64,000 nucleotides of DNA from Malacoraja senta (GCA_038087875.1 JAXLNO010000245.1:1-64000), one strand, 5' to 3'. Counted from the first letter of the stretch, positions 50,564 to 63,835 are shown. Notes: a model not told the origin generated them from the letters alone. Numbers and translations are program-made.

Positions 50564-51898
50564 TATGAAGAATACAATATATAGTAAAAATCCAATTATT
50601 CATAGTACAATTAGAATTTGGAAACAAATAAAATTAACGTTAAAATTAAGAAGTCTATCACTTCTTTCACCTATAATGAATAACCCTGTGTTTAAACCTT
50701 CTATGATAGATAGAGCTGTTATAAATTGGGAAATAGTAGGAATTAAAACGTTTGGAGATATGTATGATAATGGAAGTTTTTTTACATTTCATCAATTACA
50801 ACTTAAATACAACTTGAATAGTAATCAATATTTCAAATATTTTCAACTACGTGACTATGTGAAAAAGTATATACGAGAATATCAAAACATGTCTCCTGAC
50901 CTATTAGATGGGATAATGAATATAAAAGCAGAATCAGCTAATTTAATATCATATCTATATAATTCCATTTTAAATATAGAAATTCCATCATCAGACGGGA
51001 TTAGAAGAAAATGGGAACAGGAACTAGCTATAAAAATCTCGAAAGAGAGTTGGGATAAACATCTATTATATGTGCATAAATGTTCGATTAACGTAAGACA
51101 TACTCTGATTCAATTTAAAATTTTACATAGATTATATTATTCAAAAGCTAAATTAAGTAAATTTTACCCAAATACCTCTGCTAAGTGTGATAAATGCCTA
51201 GTCCAAGAATCAACGATAGCACATTCTTTTGTTTTTTGTATAAAAGTTCAAAAAATTTGGAATTACATTTTTGATATTTTCACTAAATTATTTAAAATAA
51301 AACTGAAACCGAATGCAGAACTGATTATTTTTGGAACAACAGAAGCAAGTTTGGAGCTGACTGCGTTTCAAAGGAGTTTTCTTAGTTACGGCTTAATAAC
51401 GGCAAAAAAAATGATATTGAAATTTTGGAAAAATGCCCCTACGCCAACAATAAAAATGTGGACTTCTAATATGTCGGAATTGTTACATTTAGAAGATATG
51501 AGATTCCTCCTAGCAGGTAAACAAGACCAATTCCAAAAGATGTGATCAATATATATTGACTTATTACAAACATAGGGTGCAACAAAATGATGATAATAAA
51601 TGGTTTTAAGACCTGGCGAGGGGTGAGTAAAGATAAGAAGTAGGTACATCCCTTTCATATTGTCCTATCTTATTTTCTTTTTTCTCTTTTTTTCTTTTCT
51701 TCCTTAACTACTTCTTGTGGTTTAGGTTCACAAGAGTGTTCCTGGACCACTTTCATCCACTCACTGACTATCTTTGCTAGCTCTTTCTATCCTTTTTTTC
51801 AATTAAAGTTGAAAAACAGAAGTGGTACAAGAACTGTATAAATTGATGTTATTGCAGATTACTGTAATGTACAATACTTCTAATATATATATTTTTTT
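50564..51898 (+). mobile_element. Duplicate of the truncated L1
   Basis: ORF 50565-51545 is near-identical to 48122-49132. Confidence 0.92.
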
Positions 51899-52551
51899 TA
51901 ATATGTATCTATAAGATCCCCTCTAATCCTTCTAAATGCCAGTGGATATAAGCCCAGTCGATCAATTCTTTCATCATATGTCAGTCGCGCCATCCCGGGA
52001 ACTAAGCTGGTGAATCTACGCTGCATTAACTCTATAGGTATAATGTCCTTACTCAAATTAGGGAGACCAAAACTGCACACAGTACTCCAGGTGTGGTCTC
52101 ACCAGTGCCCTGTACAACTGCAGTTGGACCTCCTTGCTCCTATACTGAAATCCTCTTGTTATGAAGGCCAACATGCCATTAGCTTTCTTCACTACCTGCT
52201 GTATCTGCCTTCTTGTTCTTACCACCAAAGTGGATAACCTCACATTTATCCACATTATACTGAATCTTCCATGCATCTGCCCACTCACCCAACCTATCCG
52301 TCAACCTGCAGCCTAATAACATCCTCCTCGCAGCACACACTGCCACCCAGCTTTGTGTCATATACAAACGGAGATGTTACATTTAATTCCTTTGACTACA
52401 TTGTTAATATCTATTGTCAATAACTGGGGTCCCAGCACTGAGCCTTGCGGCACAAATGAAATTGTATGTGTCCGAAAAGGAGCAGGAAGAAGCCAAAGCT
52501 TATTAATTCCCACCCCTTATTCAACTGTTTATAATGATCTTATACAGATTT

Positions 52552-52944
52552 AGCAGCTATATGTACACCATATGTACACCAGCAGCTATATGTACACCAT
52601 ATGTACACCGCAGCTATATGTACACCATATGTACACCAGCAGCTATATGTACACCATATGTACACCACAGCTATCTGTACACCATACGTACCCCAGCCGC
52701 TATATGTACACCATATGTACGCCAGCAGCTGTATGTACACCATATGTACACCAGCAGCTATATGTACACCATATGTACACCAGCAGCTATATGTACACCA
52801 TATGTACACCAGCAGCTGTATGTACACCATATGTACACCAGCAGCTATATGTACACCATACGTACACCAGCAGCTATATGTACACCATATGTACGCCAGC
52901 AGCTGTATGTACACCATATGTACACCAGCAGCTATATGTACACC
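52552..52944. repeat. 29-bp minisatellite, about 13.5 units
   Basis: Same unit as in blocks A and B. Confidence 0.95.
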
Positions 52945-53619
52945 AAATTATTTACATTTATACACTAATCAAATATTTACAAAGCCATACAAAAAAAGAG
53001 AGGAAAAAGAAAAAAGAAAAGAAAACCCCCTGATATACGATACAGTATCTCTTAGTCATATATACAACCCATCACCCTATAATAATAAGATTAAACGAGA
53101 ACTTACCTAAGTTTGAAGTTTGATCTTTATTTTATGAGGAATTACGTGAAGAACCCCGCCAGTGCGCCTGCGTGTCAATCTTCAAAGCAGCGGTGTGAAA
53201 TCACAAAAAACAACAACCGAAGTAATATAGTCTCATAATAAAATGAGTAATACAAGAACTTCCATCTGACCTTTATGATAGAGGGTAGGGTCGTGGTGGG
53301 CACGTAATCACCTACGTAACTCCTCATAAAATAAAGATCAAACTTCAAACTTAGGTAAGTTCTCGTTTAATCTTACTATTTTACTTCGGAGTCACGTGAG
53401 TGACTACGTGAAGATTTTAAAGCTTTGTGATTTCATGCCATAGATCAATCCCGGCTTCTCACTGCATTGATTGACTCGGAACGAGAATAATCAATCATGC
53501 ATTCATAATAACATTTGTACCACAAATGCAGTAATTCATTTCAATAATGAAATTAATCAGATCCCCTTTAAACCAGAGGGATTTACACAGAACTTAAAAT
53601 AGTTTCTGCAAACAATCCC

Positions 53620-54822
53620 GCATTAACAATAGGCAGATGGTAAAAATGTTGAAACATCAACTCATTGGACCACCCGGCGACTGCGAGGGTATGGTCGACG
53701 GGGATGTATTTTGCCCTGGCCGCCGACGTTTCTGCTGCCCTAGACGAGTGAGACGTAAAAACCAGCAGCTGTTAAGACTTCTTTTATCCATCTGGAAATA
53801 GTCTGTATTGAAACTCTCTTGTGTGGTTTCTTGTGTGTGATCAACAACCCAGTTTCCGTATTTCTCAAATTCTTTGTGAACTCAATGTATTGTAACAAAT
53901 ATGTCTTAACACAGAGACAAGGATCATTTGGATATGCTGCTAGCATAATTTTAAATCCTGTCACACCTGGCCTAATTTGCTTTAATAGGTCATAGATATA
54001 GAATGTAACCTTGTCTTCAGTTACTTTCATACTGTCTATTTGTAATTTTCCAAGTGTTTGCACTCGTTGTGCCGTCACTCATGCCAGAATACTTTCATAC
54101 TGAGCTTGGCCAAAGGTAAAGACACACTTGGTGACCATTCACGAAGTAGTTTCAGTACCATACTTACATATCAGATTGTCATCTACCTAGGTTTCGGTGG
54201 TTTGGAATTAAAGATTCCTTACATTAGTCTGGAAACAATTGTTTCTTTCTGAATCCAGAACCAAATATGAGGACAATGCACTTCTGGCTGAATTAATTGC
54301 ACTACAACTCAGACCTACATCATAATAAAGTTTTGACAGAAATTCTAAACATTTGAAATATCTGCAGTACTATATTGTGGGGGGATGATTTTTGTATGTA
54401 ATTGTCTATGTTAGTCTGTGTTCAAGATGGCGGCCGGAGGGGAGAGTGGACGCTGGCGCGGTTTAGCTGCCGCTGCTCTCTCCTCAAATTGTGTTTCTGA
54501 TTTTCTTTTTTTGTGTCTTTGGAATGAATTCTGTCCTTAATTTGTATAATGATGATGTCTTTATAATTTATTTTATTCTGATTATATGTTTCTTATTTGT
54601 CAATTCTCTGTAAGGTGTCCTTGAGACCTCGGTATAAGGCGCCCGTAAATAAAAATTATTATTATTATTATATTCTACATTCTTTTGTACACAGAACTCT
54701 TCCCATTTCTTAATATAAGAAAGGTACTGTTTTTGAGTGCTCTTCCTCCAGGCTGCCGTAAGCATGTCCACAGTACGCTCAGACAGTCCTCGCCCCAAAA
54801 AAGGCCTTCTTAAAACCTGCAA
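53620..54822 (-). pseudogene. DIRS tyrosine recombinase remnant
   Basis: AWRKSTQKQYLSYIKKW, TAQRVQTL, TISRWIKEVL.AAG and AGWS..F..FY motifs, broken by frameshifts and an insertion. Confidence 0.85.
54377..54670 (+). mobile_element. Short non-LTR insertion (SINE or LINE tail) inside the DIRS YR gene
   Basis: Ends in aataaaa(att)n, is flanked by tatatt on both sides, and splits the YR frame. Confidence 0.65.
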
Positions 54823-56450
54823 ATCAACAAATCCAAATGATAATATAATGGATGTTCTTCCCCTGTTACAGGGTGCAGCAATAAATTACTCCTTTTTGGG
54901 ACTTTCATCAACATTTGTGTTGTTAATTCTGATATCAACGGATACCATGGCTGTGTAGGCCAATCTGGTACTACCAATACCCCTGAAACAGCATCTTGCC
55001 TGATTTTAAGCAAACACTGGCTTATGAGGCACAAAAATGGAAATATATATGAAAACATACCACCCCAATGTAGCGAGAAAGAATCAATCGCCACTGCTCC
55101 TGGATCTGATTCCCATGAGACATATCTCGATAGCTGATGATTCAGTCTAGATGCAAACAAGTCAATATCATTGAAAACCTCTCGATTCAACATCCATTCT
55201 TATTATCATGGAACTTTCGTGACCTGGTGTCTGCTATCGTGTTCATTCTACCTGGTAGATAGATAGCTGAAATCCAAATGTTCTTTTCAATACACCCAGA
55301 CCAAAGTTGATCAGCCATTTTGTCACATGACCCCGACTTGATTCCATCCATATCATTAATATAGGCAACTGCTGTTGTGTTTATCAATTTGAACTTGAAC
55401 ATGCCTTTTAGTTGTGTTAGAACAATAACCTTGGAGTCCATTAAACATCCTAAAACTCCAAATAGTTAACTCCCCATGTCTGCAGTAACAATGACTCTTC
55501 CTGATTCCATCTGCCTCTGCAGCTAGATGCTAAGTCAGTTGCACCCCATCCTAGTGCACTGGCATCAGTTTGTAATATCATGGAAGGTTCTTCAATCAGC
55601 ACTTTGCTGGAACTGCTTGAGACATGTAGAATCCACCACTGCAGATCAGAAACAGCATTTGTTGTTAGTTGCATGGTTCTATCAAAATGACCAACATGCA
55701 TTCTCAGTGCCTGTTCTTTAACTCTCTGCAGCTCTTGATAATGTAATGGTCCGTATTGGACAGCTGGGAATGCTGCTACTAATTTTCCCAGTACTCGAGC
55801 CACCTGTCTGATTGAGGGTTTTTGCTCGTTTAACAGATTACCGCAATCTTTAATCAACTCCACCCTTTTTTCACTGGGCAAAGTAATTTTCATTTGGACT
55901 GAATCAATTGTGAACCCCAAATAATTAATCGAGGTACATGGTGTTAGCCTTGATTTCTTTGGATGAATTAGAAACCCCAAACTTTCAAAAGTTGATTTCA
56001 TAATTGCAACAGATGCTTCTGTTGACTGTTTTGTCCTCCCTATAATCAGGACATCATCCAAAATATGCCATTAGTACATGCCCCTGGCTTCTCAGCAACC
56101 CCAGAATTGGTTTTAATAATTTTGTGAATATTCTGGGAGCGGACGTTAACCCATTAGGCAAAGCTTTGAACTGCCATAACTGGTTCATCCATGTAAATTT
56201 AAGATACTGAATAATATGTATCTTTTAAATCTATAGTTGCCATATGACATGCTTCTGAAATAAGTTGTTTGGCAGTCACAAATGTCTCCCTTTTAAAATG
56301 TTTAAATTAAACAAAAGGATTCAGACTTGTCAAGTCTAGAATAATCCTACATCCTCCATCCTTTTTTGATTGAGGGAATATATTTGACACAAATTGGTGA
56401 ATTTGGGAGTGATTCTTCAATAACACCTTTTATATATAGGGTTTGAAAAG
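54810..56450 (-). pseudogene. DIRS RT / RNase H / DNA N6-adenine methyltransferase-like remnant
   Basis: KKDGGCRIILDL, LPNGLTSAPRIFTK, (Y)LDDVLI, QTDASALGWG, NTIAD..SR, DIDLFASRLN..PDWPTQPWYP. Confidence 0.88.
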
Positions 56451-58034
56451 CAGCTTGAACCTCCATCACTTCTTTTTGTGCAAACCATATGACAATTACA
56501 GCAGGGAAACAGTCCATCTCGGCCCTTCAAGTCCATGCCGAAGAAGTGGAGAGTTCTGCTAGGAACATGCTGGACAGGCAAATCATAATTTGGATTGAAT
56601 TCAATTCAAAATCCTTGTATACTATTCAGAATTACCACATCTGAAGTAATCTTCTTCCAATTGTTATAGAAGAGACATAATCTGCCTCCAACGTTTGGAC
56701 TTAATCCGGTTTAGTATGTTCCCATGAGAACCAGGTTCACCTACCTCTTGAGTCATTTGAGTACTCTGAGATCCCTGGATTCTCCCGGAAGCACCCCCAC
56801 TGGTTCTTGCTCTCGCTGCAGGCCGCCAGCTACGTCCCTGCGTTAATGAGCGACTTGGTCCTGGTCCAGGATCCGTATGACGTCTGAAAGGATACCTCCT
56901 CTTTACAGACTTTACAACCATTGATGTTTTCATCAATCCTGTTTTCGCTTCATCTTCCAACTCTTTAACACGTCTCCCGAGATCTCTCCAAAGAGTAAGT
57001 TGGGTAATTGTACATTACTTGGTTTGCAGAGTGCTGCAAATTTCGGATTCATAGTAGACAATTGATCTCGAAGTGGGTGCTGCATAGCAACCCCAGTGCT
57101 TCCTGATGCAACTCCGTCATCTCTTGGCTTTTATTCGCTACTCTGGCAAAAGCAGTTATTCCAGAACCCAGCAGCTTTAATATTCTCTGCAATTTCAATT
57201 CTTGAGTTCTCATAGTCATACTCAACTCATATTTTCTTGCATTCTCATCCATTTCCTACTGTTCCAGCTGATGGGAAACCAAGTAATTTATTATGGAGGC
57301 CAATTCTCTTCTAATGGCTCTCCTGACCCTGACGGGGCAGAGAATCGTACTGCCAGGGGTGGAACATCTGTACATCACGTACATCACGGCTACTGTGACA
57401 AATCACGTACAGTATCAGCTTGTACAGCCTCACCGTCAGAATCGGGGTCTGAAATCTCATGACCTATGGCACGCCCCTCATCCCTGAGGGTGCATTCTAT
57501 CAGCCCTGTACCAGGAGCTGTTTAAGCTGCATCCAGCAGCTTGGATTTCAGTACACTCTTACCTGAGTGTGCTTTGCTCCAACAGCCTATGTAGCAGGCT
57601 TTCCATTTGGGCAATACGCTTAAAAGCAGTATCTAGCCCTGGAGCTTCTACCATTTCCATTTCCTGGGACTCCTCCTCCGTGGCCTGTTTCGATTCGAAC
57701 TTGGCCTTGAGCCCGACACGCGCTGACTGCCCCAGGTCCACAGTCGCTACGCTCACCGCTGGCGACTGTACCAGGGTTAGAGGCGGTTGGTCGCTAACCG
57801 CAGACTCCCGACTCTCCCGACTTTCCCGACTTTCTGTCGGCTGAGTTGCTCGCCTCTTCCCCCTGCCCATTTTTTCCATGGCGTCTGTGGAAAAAATCCC
57901 CACAGACCCACAGTAAACGGACCTGAAAATACTGACAATTTTTTTTACTTACCTTGTAGTTAAAAAACTACAAATCCATTAGACGCACTGGCGGGGTTCT
58001 TCACGTAATCACTCACGTGACTCCGAACTAAAAT

Positions 58035-58902
58035 TACCCTTCCCAATACAATCAGTATAACAAATATCCCACACACAATCACCTATCCTCATCCCAATAT
58101 CCTTTAACAAAGTGTTTTTGTACATCTGTTTAAAGTGAATCATGTTTGTGCTAAGTTTTATCTCCTGTTCCAAACCATTCCACAAATTCACCCAACAGAT
58201 TGCTATGTACATACTTTTAAGAGTTGTTCTGACATTGAGTTTTTTTAAATTAAGTTCCCCTCTCAAATTATACCCACCCTGTCTTTCCATAAACAGTTTT
58301 TGTATATTTCCTGCAAGTAAATTATTTCTTGCTTTGTACATGATTTGTGCAGTTTTAAATTTAACCAGGTCGGTGAACTTCAGTGTGTGTGACTTTAAGA
58401 ATAATAAATTGGTATGTTCAAGATATCCAACGTTATTGATAATTCTTATTGCTCTTTTTTGTAATGTACATAACGGCTGTAGGTTGGTTTTGTAGGTGTT
58501 ACCCCATATCTCCACACAGTAACACATATATGGCAATATGAGTGTATTATACAGAGTATGTAATGATTTATGGTCCAGAATGTGTCTTGATTTTCCCAAT
58601 ATTGCTATAGACTTTGCCAGTTTTGCTTTGACGTGGTTAAAATGTGGTTTCCAGCAGAGTTTGTGGTCTAAGATCACACCAAGAAATCTATTTTCATATA
58701 CTCTTTCTATACTTATGTTATCTATTTTCAATTGTACTTGAGGGGTTGTTTTATGTTTTCCAAATAGCATCATCTTTGTTTTGCTTAAAGTTAAAGACAA
58801 TTGGTTGACATCAAACCACTGTTTTAATTTATTCATTTCTGATGTGATGACCTCCAAATGCTGCTTCACATTGTCACCGGAACAAAAAATATTCATATCA
58901 TC
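58035..58902 (-). mobile_element. Third copy of the Crack/Daphne-like LINE (its 3'UTR is at 52455-53080, split off by DIRS)
   Basis: ORF 58009-58896 matches 9130-9867. Confidence 0.87.
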
Positions 58903-59073
58903 GTATTTTGGACACCATATCTGAGGAAGGATAGGCTGGCTCTGGAGTGGGTCCAGAGGAGGTTTACAAGAATGATCCCAGGAATGAGTAGGTTAACCTA
59001 TGATGAGCGTTTGTCGGCACTGGGCCTGTACTCGCTGGAGTTTAGAAGAATGAGGCGGGACCTCATTGAAACG

Positions 59074-59186
59074 TATGTGTGTGTGAATGTGTGTGTGTGT
59101 GTGTGTGTGTGTGAATGTGAGTGTGTGTGTGTGTGTGTGTGAATGTGTGTGTGTGTGTGTGTCTGTGTGTGTGTGTCTGTGTGTGT

Positions 59187-59218
<32 letters not shown>

Positions 59219-59246
59219 CAATGTGTGTGTCTGTGTGTGTGTGTGT

Positions 59247-59283
<37 letters not shown>

Positions 59284-59849
59284 TGTGTGTGTGTCTGTGT
59301 GTGTGTGAATGTGTGTGTGTGTGTGTGAGTGTGTGTGTGAATGTGTGTGTGTGTGTGTGTGTGTGTGAATGTGTGTATGTGTGTGCGTGTGTATGTGTGT
59401 GTGTGTGTGAATGTGTGTGTGTGAATGCGTGTGTGTGAATGTGTGTGTGTGTGTGTATGTGTGTGTGTATGTGTGTGTGTATGTGTGTGTGTGTATGTGT
59501 GTGTGAATGTGTGTGTGTGTGTGTGTGTGTATGTGTGTGTGTGTGAATGTGTGTGTGAATGTGTGTGTGAATGTGTGTGTGAATGTGTGTGTGTGTGTGT
59601 GAATGTGTGTGTATGTGCGTGTGTGTGTTTGTGAATGTGTGTGTGTGTGCGAATGTGTGTGTGTGTGTATGTGTGTGTGTGTGTGAATGTGCGTGTGTGT
59701 GTGAATATGTGTGTGTGTGTGTGTTATGTGTGTGTGTGAATGTGTATGTGTGTTATATGTGTGTGTGTGTTTGTGTGAATGTGTGTGTGTGTGAGTGTGT
59801 GTTTGTGTGTGAGTGGGTGTGTGTGTGTGTGTGTTTGTGTGTGCGTGAA

Positions 59850-59881
<32 letters not shown>

Positions 59882-60150
59882 TGTGTGTGTGTGTGTGTGT
59901 GTGTGAATGTGTGAATGTGTGTGTGTGTGTGTGTGAATGTGTGTGTGTGTGTGTGAGTGTTTGTGTGTGTGTTTGTGTGTGAGTGAGTGTGTGTGTGTGT
60001 GTGTGTTTGTGTGAATGTGGGTGCGTGAATGTGTGTGTGTGTGTGTGTGTGAATGTGTGTGTGTGAATGTGTGTGTGTGTGTGAATGTGTGTGTGTGTGT
60101 GTGTGTGGGTGTGTGTGTATGAATGCGTGTGAATGTGTGTGTGTGTGTGT
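59074..60150. repeat. 1.1-kb imperfect (TG)n/TGTGAA array
   Basis: Direct reading. Confidence 0.97.
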
Positions 60151-60572
60151 CAGATGCTCTACATCGGTGAGACCAAGCGTAGGCTTGGCGATCGCTTCGC
60201 CCAACACCTCCGCTCAGTTCGCATTAACCAACCTGATCTCCCGGTGGCTCAGCACTTCAACTCCGCCTCCCATTCCCAATCCGACCTTTCTGTCCTGGGC
60301 ATCCTCCATGGCCACAGTGAGGCCCACCGCAAATTGGAGGAGCAGCATCTCATATTTCGCTTGGCTAGTTTACACCCCAGCGGTATGAACATTGACTTCT
60401 CCAATTTCAGGTAGTCCCTGCTTTCTCCCTCCTTCCCCTCCCCTTCCCAGCTCTCCCACAGCCCACTATCTCCCCCCCCCCACACCCACATCAGTGTGAA
60501 GAAGGTCGCCTATTTCCTTCACTCCATAGATGCTGACTCACCCGCTGAGTTCCTCCAGCACTTTTGTCTACC
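60151..60572 (+). mobile_element. Penelope 3' fragment (GIY-YIG C-terminus + tail)
   Basis: LYIGETKRRLGDRFAQHLRSV..VAQHFNS..KLEEQHLIFRL, homologous to 3025-3283. Confidence 0.9.
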
Positions 60573-60688
60573 GTCAGTTAACATACTGATTGTCCTGACC
60601 TTAGCTCATTGCAGCACTCAGAAACCACCAGCAGGAAACCACTAGTGAGCACAGGTACCTTCATTATCCATGTATCCCGTTGGGCCAG

Positions 60689-60706
60689 GTTGCCATCTAG
60701 TGTCAG
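60689..60706 (-). promoter_or_regulatory. CTCF-like motif
   Basis: ctgaCACTAGATGGCAac in a stretch that does not look like repeat sequence. Motif match only. Confidence 0.35.
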
Positions 60707-61850
60707 AATTATTCACATATTAATTATCCGTACCTTTTGTACCCGGTTATGTACGGAGCCAAGAAGTCTCGACCTTTGTGTAATATAAAGTATAGATTCT
60801 GTAATTTACATATCAATCCACCTCACCCTTGTACTTCCTTACTCATTCTCTTTTTGGTGGAAAATGCTCTGCTGTAGCAACATAATTTTAGAGTTGGGGT
60901 CACAGCCCTTCACCGTGACACTTCTCTCCTTGTGCCAGTAAACTCACTGCTGACGGTGAATCAAGTCGTCCACGAGTCTTATTGAAGAGTTTGTCTTCCA
61001 CACCCATGATGAGCGTTTGACCACACTGGGCCTGTACTCACTGCGGTTTAGAAGAATGAGGGTGGGGGACCTCATTGAAACATAGAGAATTGAGAAAGAC
61101 TTGGATAGAGTGCATGTGGAGAGGATGTTTCCACTAGTGGGGGAGTTTAGCACTAGAGGCCATAGGCTCAGAATAAAATGCCATGTTTTGGGAAAGATAT
61201 TAGAAATATCTTTATTCAGACGGTGGTGAATTTGTGGAATCCTTTTCCACAATAGAGGCCAAGTCAGCGGATATTACTAAGGCAGAGATGGATAGATTCT
61301 TGATTTGTACAGGTGTCAGAGGTTAGGGGGTGAAGGCAGGAGAATGTGGCAAGGAGGGAGAGATAGATCAGCCATGATTGAATGGTGGAGTAGACTTCAT
61401 GGGCCGAATGGCCTAATTCTACTGCTATCACTGATGACCTTATGACATATCCTTTCTGTACTCCATCCCGTTATTGGTCGTGATTCATCCCACCACAGTG
61501 TTGTCATTTGCAAACTTGTAGATGGAATTAGATCAACATTTGGCCTTGGTGTCATGTGTATAGGGAGTGTATTAGAGTACTGAGAACGCATCCTTGCGGG
61601 GCACCAGTGTTGATGATTATTGTGGATGAGATGCTGTCACCTATCTTCACCGTTTGGAAGGGTCAGAAAGTTGCAGATCCAGTGGTAGAGGGTGGAGCTG
61701 ATTCCTAGTTCCAGCAGCTTGGAGATCAGTTTGGATGGGATTATGGTGTTGAAGTCAGAGCTATAGCGGATAGATAGGAGTCTAACATACGACAATTCCT
61801 AACGTAGCAATTCCTGCTATTGAGAGAGTGCAGCATAGGGTCACCAGGTT

Positions 61851-62799
61851 AGTCAAATCTGCTTAACCTTATCCGCTGCCTGGAAGATATAAAGTGTTGG
61901 ATGGCCCAGAACTTCCTCCAACTAAACGAGAGTAAGTCTGAGGTCATCCTTCTCGACCCCTCGGACTCAATCAAAATGATAGCAGGCAGTCTTGGAAGCC
62001 TTACCCCACTACTCAAACCTCACGTCAAAAACCTTGGCGTGATATTTGACTCAGCACTGAAATTTGACAAACAAGTCAATGCCGTGGTAAAAGCTAGCTT
62101 CTTCCAGCTTCGGACAATAGCTAAAATAAAACAATTCCTCCAGTTTGATGACCTCGAAAAGATCATCCACACATTTATCTCCTCCCGCCTAGATTACTGC
62201 AACTCCCTCTACACTGGCATCAGCCAATCTTCCCTGTCCCGCCTGCAACTGGTCCAAAACGCCGCAGCGAGACTCCTGACGGGCACCCGAAAAAGGGACC
62301 ACGTCACCCCGATACTGGCCTCTCTCCACTGGCTCCCTGTGCAGTTCCGTATAAACTTCAAGATCCTCCTTTATGTCTAAAAAGCCTTTAATGGGCTTGC
62401 CCCCACCTATACCAAAAGTCTGCTCACCCATCACACCACCTCCAGGTCCCTCAGATCGTCCGACTTGGGGTTGCTGAATAACCCGCAGTCTAGGCATAAG
62501 CTCAGGGGTAATTGCGCTTTTGCGGTTGCAGCTCCTAGACTGTGGAACAGCATCCCTCTTCCCATCAGAACTGCCCCCTCCATCGACTCCTTTAAGTCAA
62601 GACTTAAAACTCATCTCTACCCCCAAGCCTTTCTTGACGTCCTCTGAGCAAGTGCTATATGTATGTAGTGATGTTTGTATTTAATCTATGAACCATTGTT
62701 GGATAACGTTAATACCTCCACCAATGTAACGCACTTTGGCCAACGAGAGTTGTTTTTTAAATGTGCTACAGAAATAAAAGTGAGTTGACCTGACGACTT
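61851..62799 (+). mobile_element. 5'-truncated L2 LINE inserted in a CR1 fragment
   Basis: WMAQNFLQLNESKSE, KNLGVIFD, SRLDYCNSL, LQLVQNAAARLL, LHWLPV. Absent from the paralogous site at ~32595. Confidence 0.9.
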
Positions 62800-63109
62800 C
62801 ATTCCCTGGATGGCTTGATTGACAAGTGATGAAAGAATGGGTCGACTAAACTGGAAATTAGACGGATGAGAGTGGATCTTTTGGAAAGATATAAAATTCT
62901 TAAGAGAATGGACAGGCTAGATGCAGGAAATATGTTCCCGATGTTGGGGGAGGCCAGAAACAGGGGTCATGGTTTAAGAATAAGGGGCTGGCCATTTAGG
63001 ACCGAGATGAGGAAAAACCTTTTCACCCCGAGAGTTGTGAAGCTGTGGAATTGTCTGTTGCCGCAGAAGGCAGTGGAGGCCAACTCACTGGATGTTTCCA
63101 AGAGAGAGC

Positions 63110-63835
63110 GACGGGGAGGGGGGGGGCAGCAAGAAGGGGAGAGTGTGGGGAGGTGAAGGTGGAGGGGCAGAGGGAGGGGGTGAGGGAGGGACTGAGGTGG
63201 TAAGGGAGTGTGAGAGGATGGGGCAGAGGGAAGGGGTGGGGGAGAGGGAGGAGGAGGGAGAGGGAATGGGAGGGGGGACAGGTAGAGGGAGGGGGAGACG
63301 GACGGACAGACGGCAGAGAGGTGGTCAGAGTGTGGGTCAGGAGGGGCAGGTGGGGTGCCTGAGGGACGGCACTGGGTGGGAGGGGCAGGGGGAGGGGGAG
63401 GGGAAGGGGGAGAGGGAGGGGGAGAGGGAGGGGACGGGGGAGGGGGAGGGGGAGGGGGGTGGGAGGGAGTGAGGGAGGGGGAGGCGGAGGCGGAGGGGGA
63501 GGGGAAGGGGGAGGGGGAGGGGGAGGAAGTTGCAGAGGAAGGGGGATGGAGGGGAAGGGGCAGTGTGAAGAAGTGAGGGGGAGGGGATAGTCAGAGGGAG
63601 AGCCTTCCGAAGAGGTGAGGGGGGGGGGTTGAGAGAGTGGAAGAGGGGCAGAGGGAGAGGACTTGGAGCAGGGAGGTTAGGAGACAGGGAGGGAGAATGG
63701 GAGGAGGAGGCGAAGGTGGAGGAGGGTTAGGTAGAGAGGTAGGGCAAGGGACACGGGAGAGTGAGGTGGGAGGGGGATGTGGGAGAGGTGGGGGAGAATG
63801 AGGGGGAGAGGTAGTGGGGAGATTGAGGGGGGACA
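63110..63835. repeat. G-rich low-complexity tract
   Basis: Dense GGG runs (ggggga / gaggg). Confidence 0.9.

Larger units (their letters stand above)
47405..52295. repeat. ~2.44-kb tandem duplication (47405-49847 and 49848-52295)
   Basis: tgtcctggcaaca at 47405 and 49848. Both units carry the same CR1 plus L1-fragment junctions. Confidence 0.93.
53081..58034 (-). mobile_element. DIRS1-like tyrosine-recombinase retrotransposon, decayed coding region, complete termini
   Basis: Gag-like, RT, RNaseH, Dam-like MTase and YR remnants. Inverted repeat 53141-53166 / 57984-58009. ICR at 53315-53414 is complementary to both ends. Confidence 0.93.
29780..59074. repeat. Segmental duplication block C, expanded by insertions
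   Basis: 29780-30455 ~ A:263-1050; 36575-40560 ~ A:3585-6815; 47167-53083 ~ A:6802-9034; 58035-59074 ~ A:9035-10073. Confidence 0.85.

Noticed and set aside
52534..53110. MYTICTPAAIC repeat ORFs, or a CRISPR-like array
   Set aside because: Head-to-tail 29-bp minisatellite with no unique spacers, in a eukaryotic context.
54810..55193. Bacterial Dam methylase or horizontal transfer
   Set aside because: It occupies the standard position of the MT domain in DIRS1 elements, between RNase H and YR.
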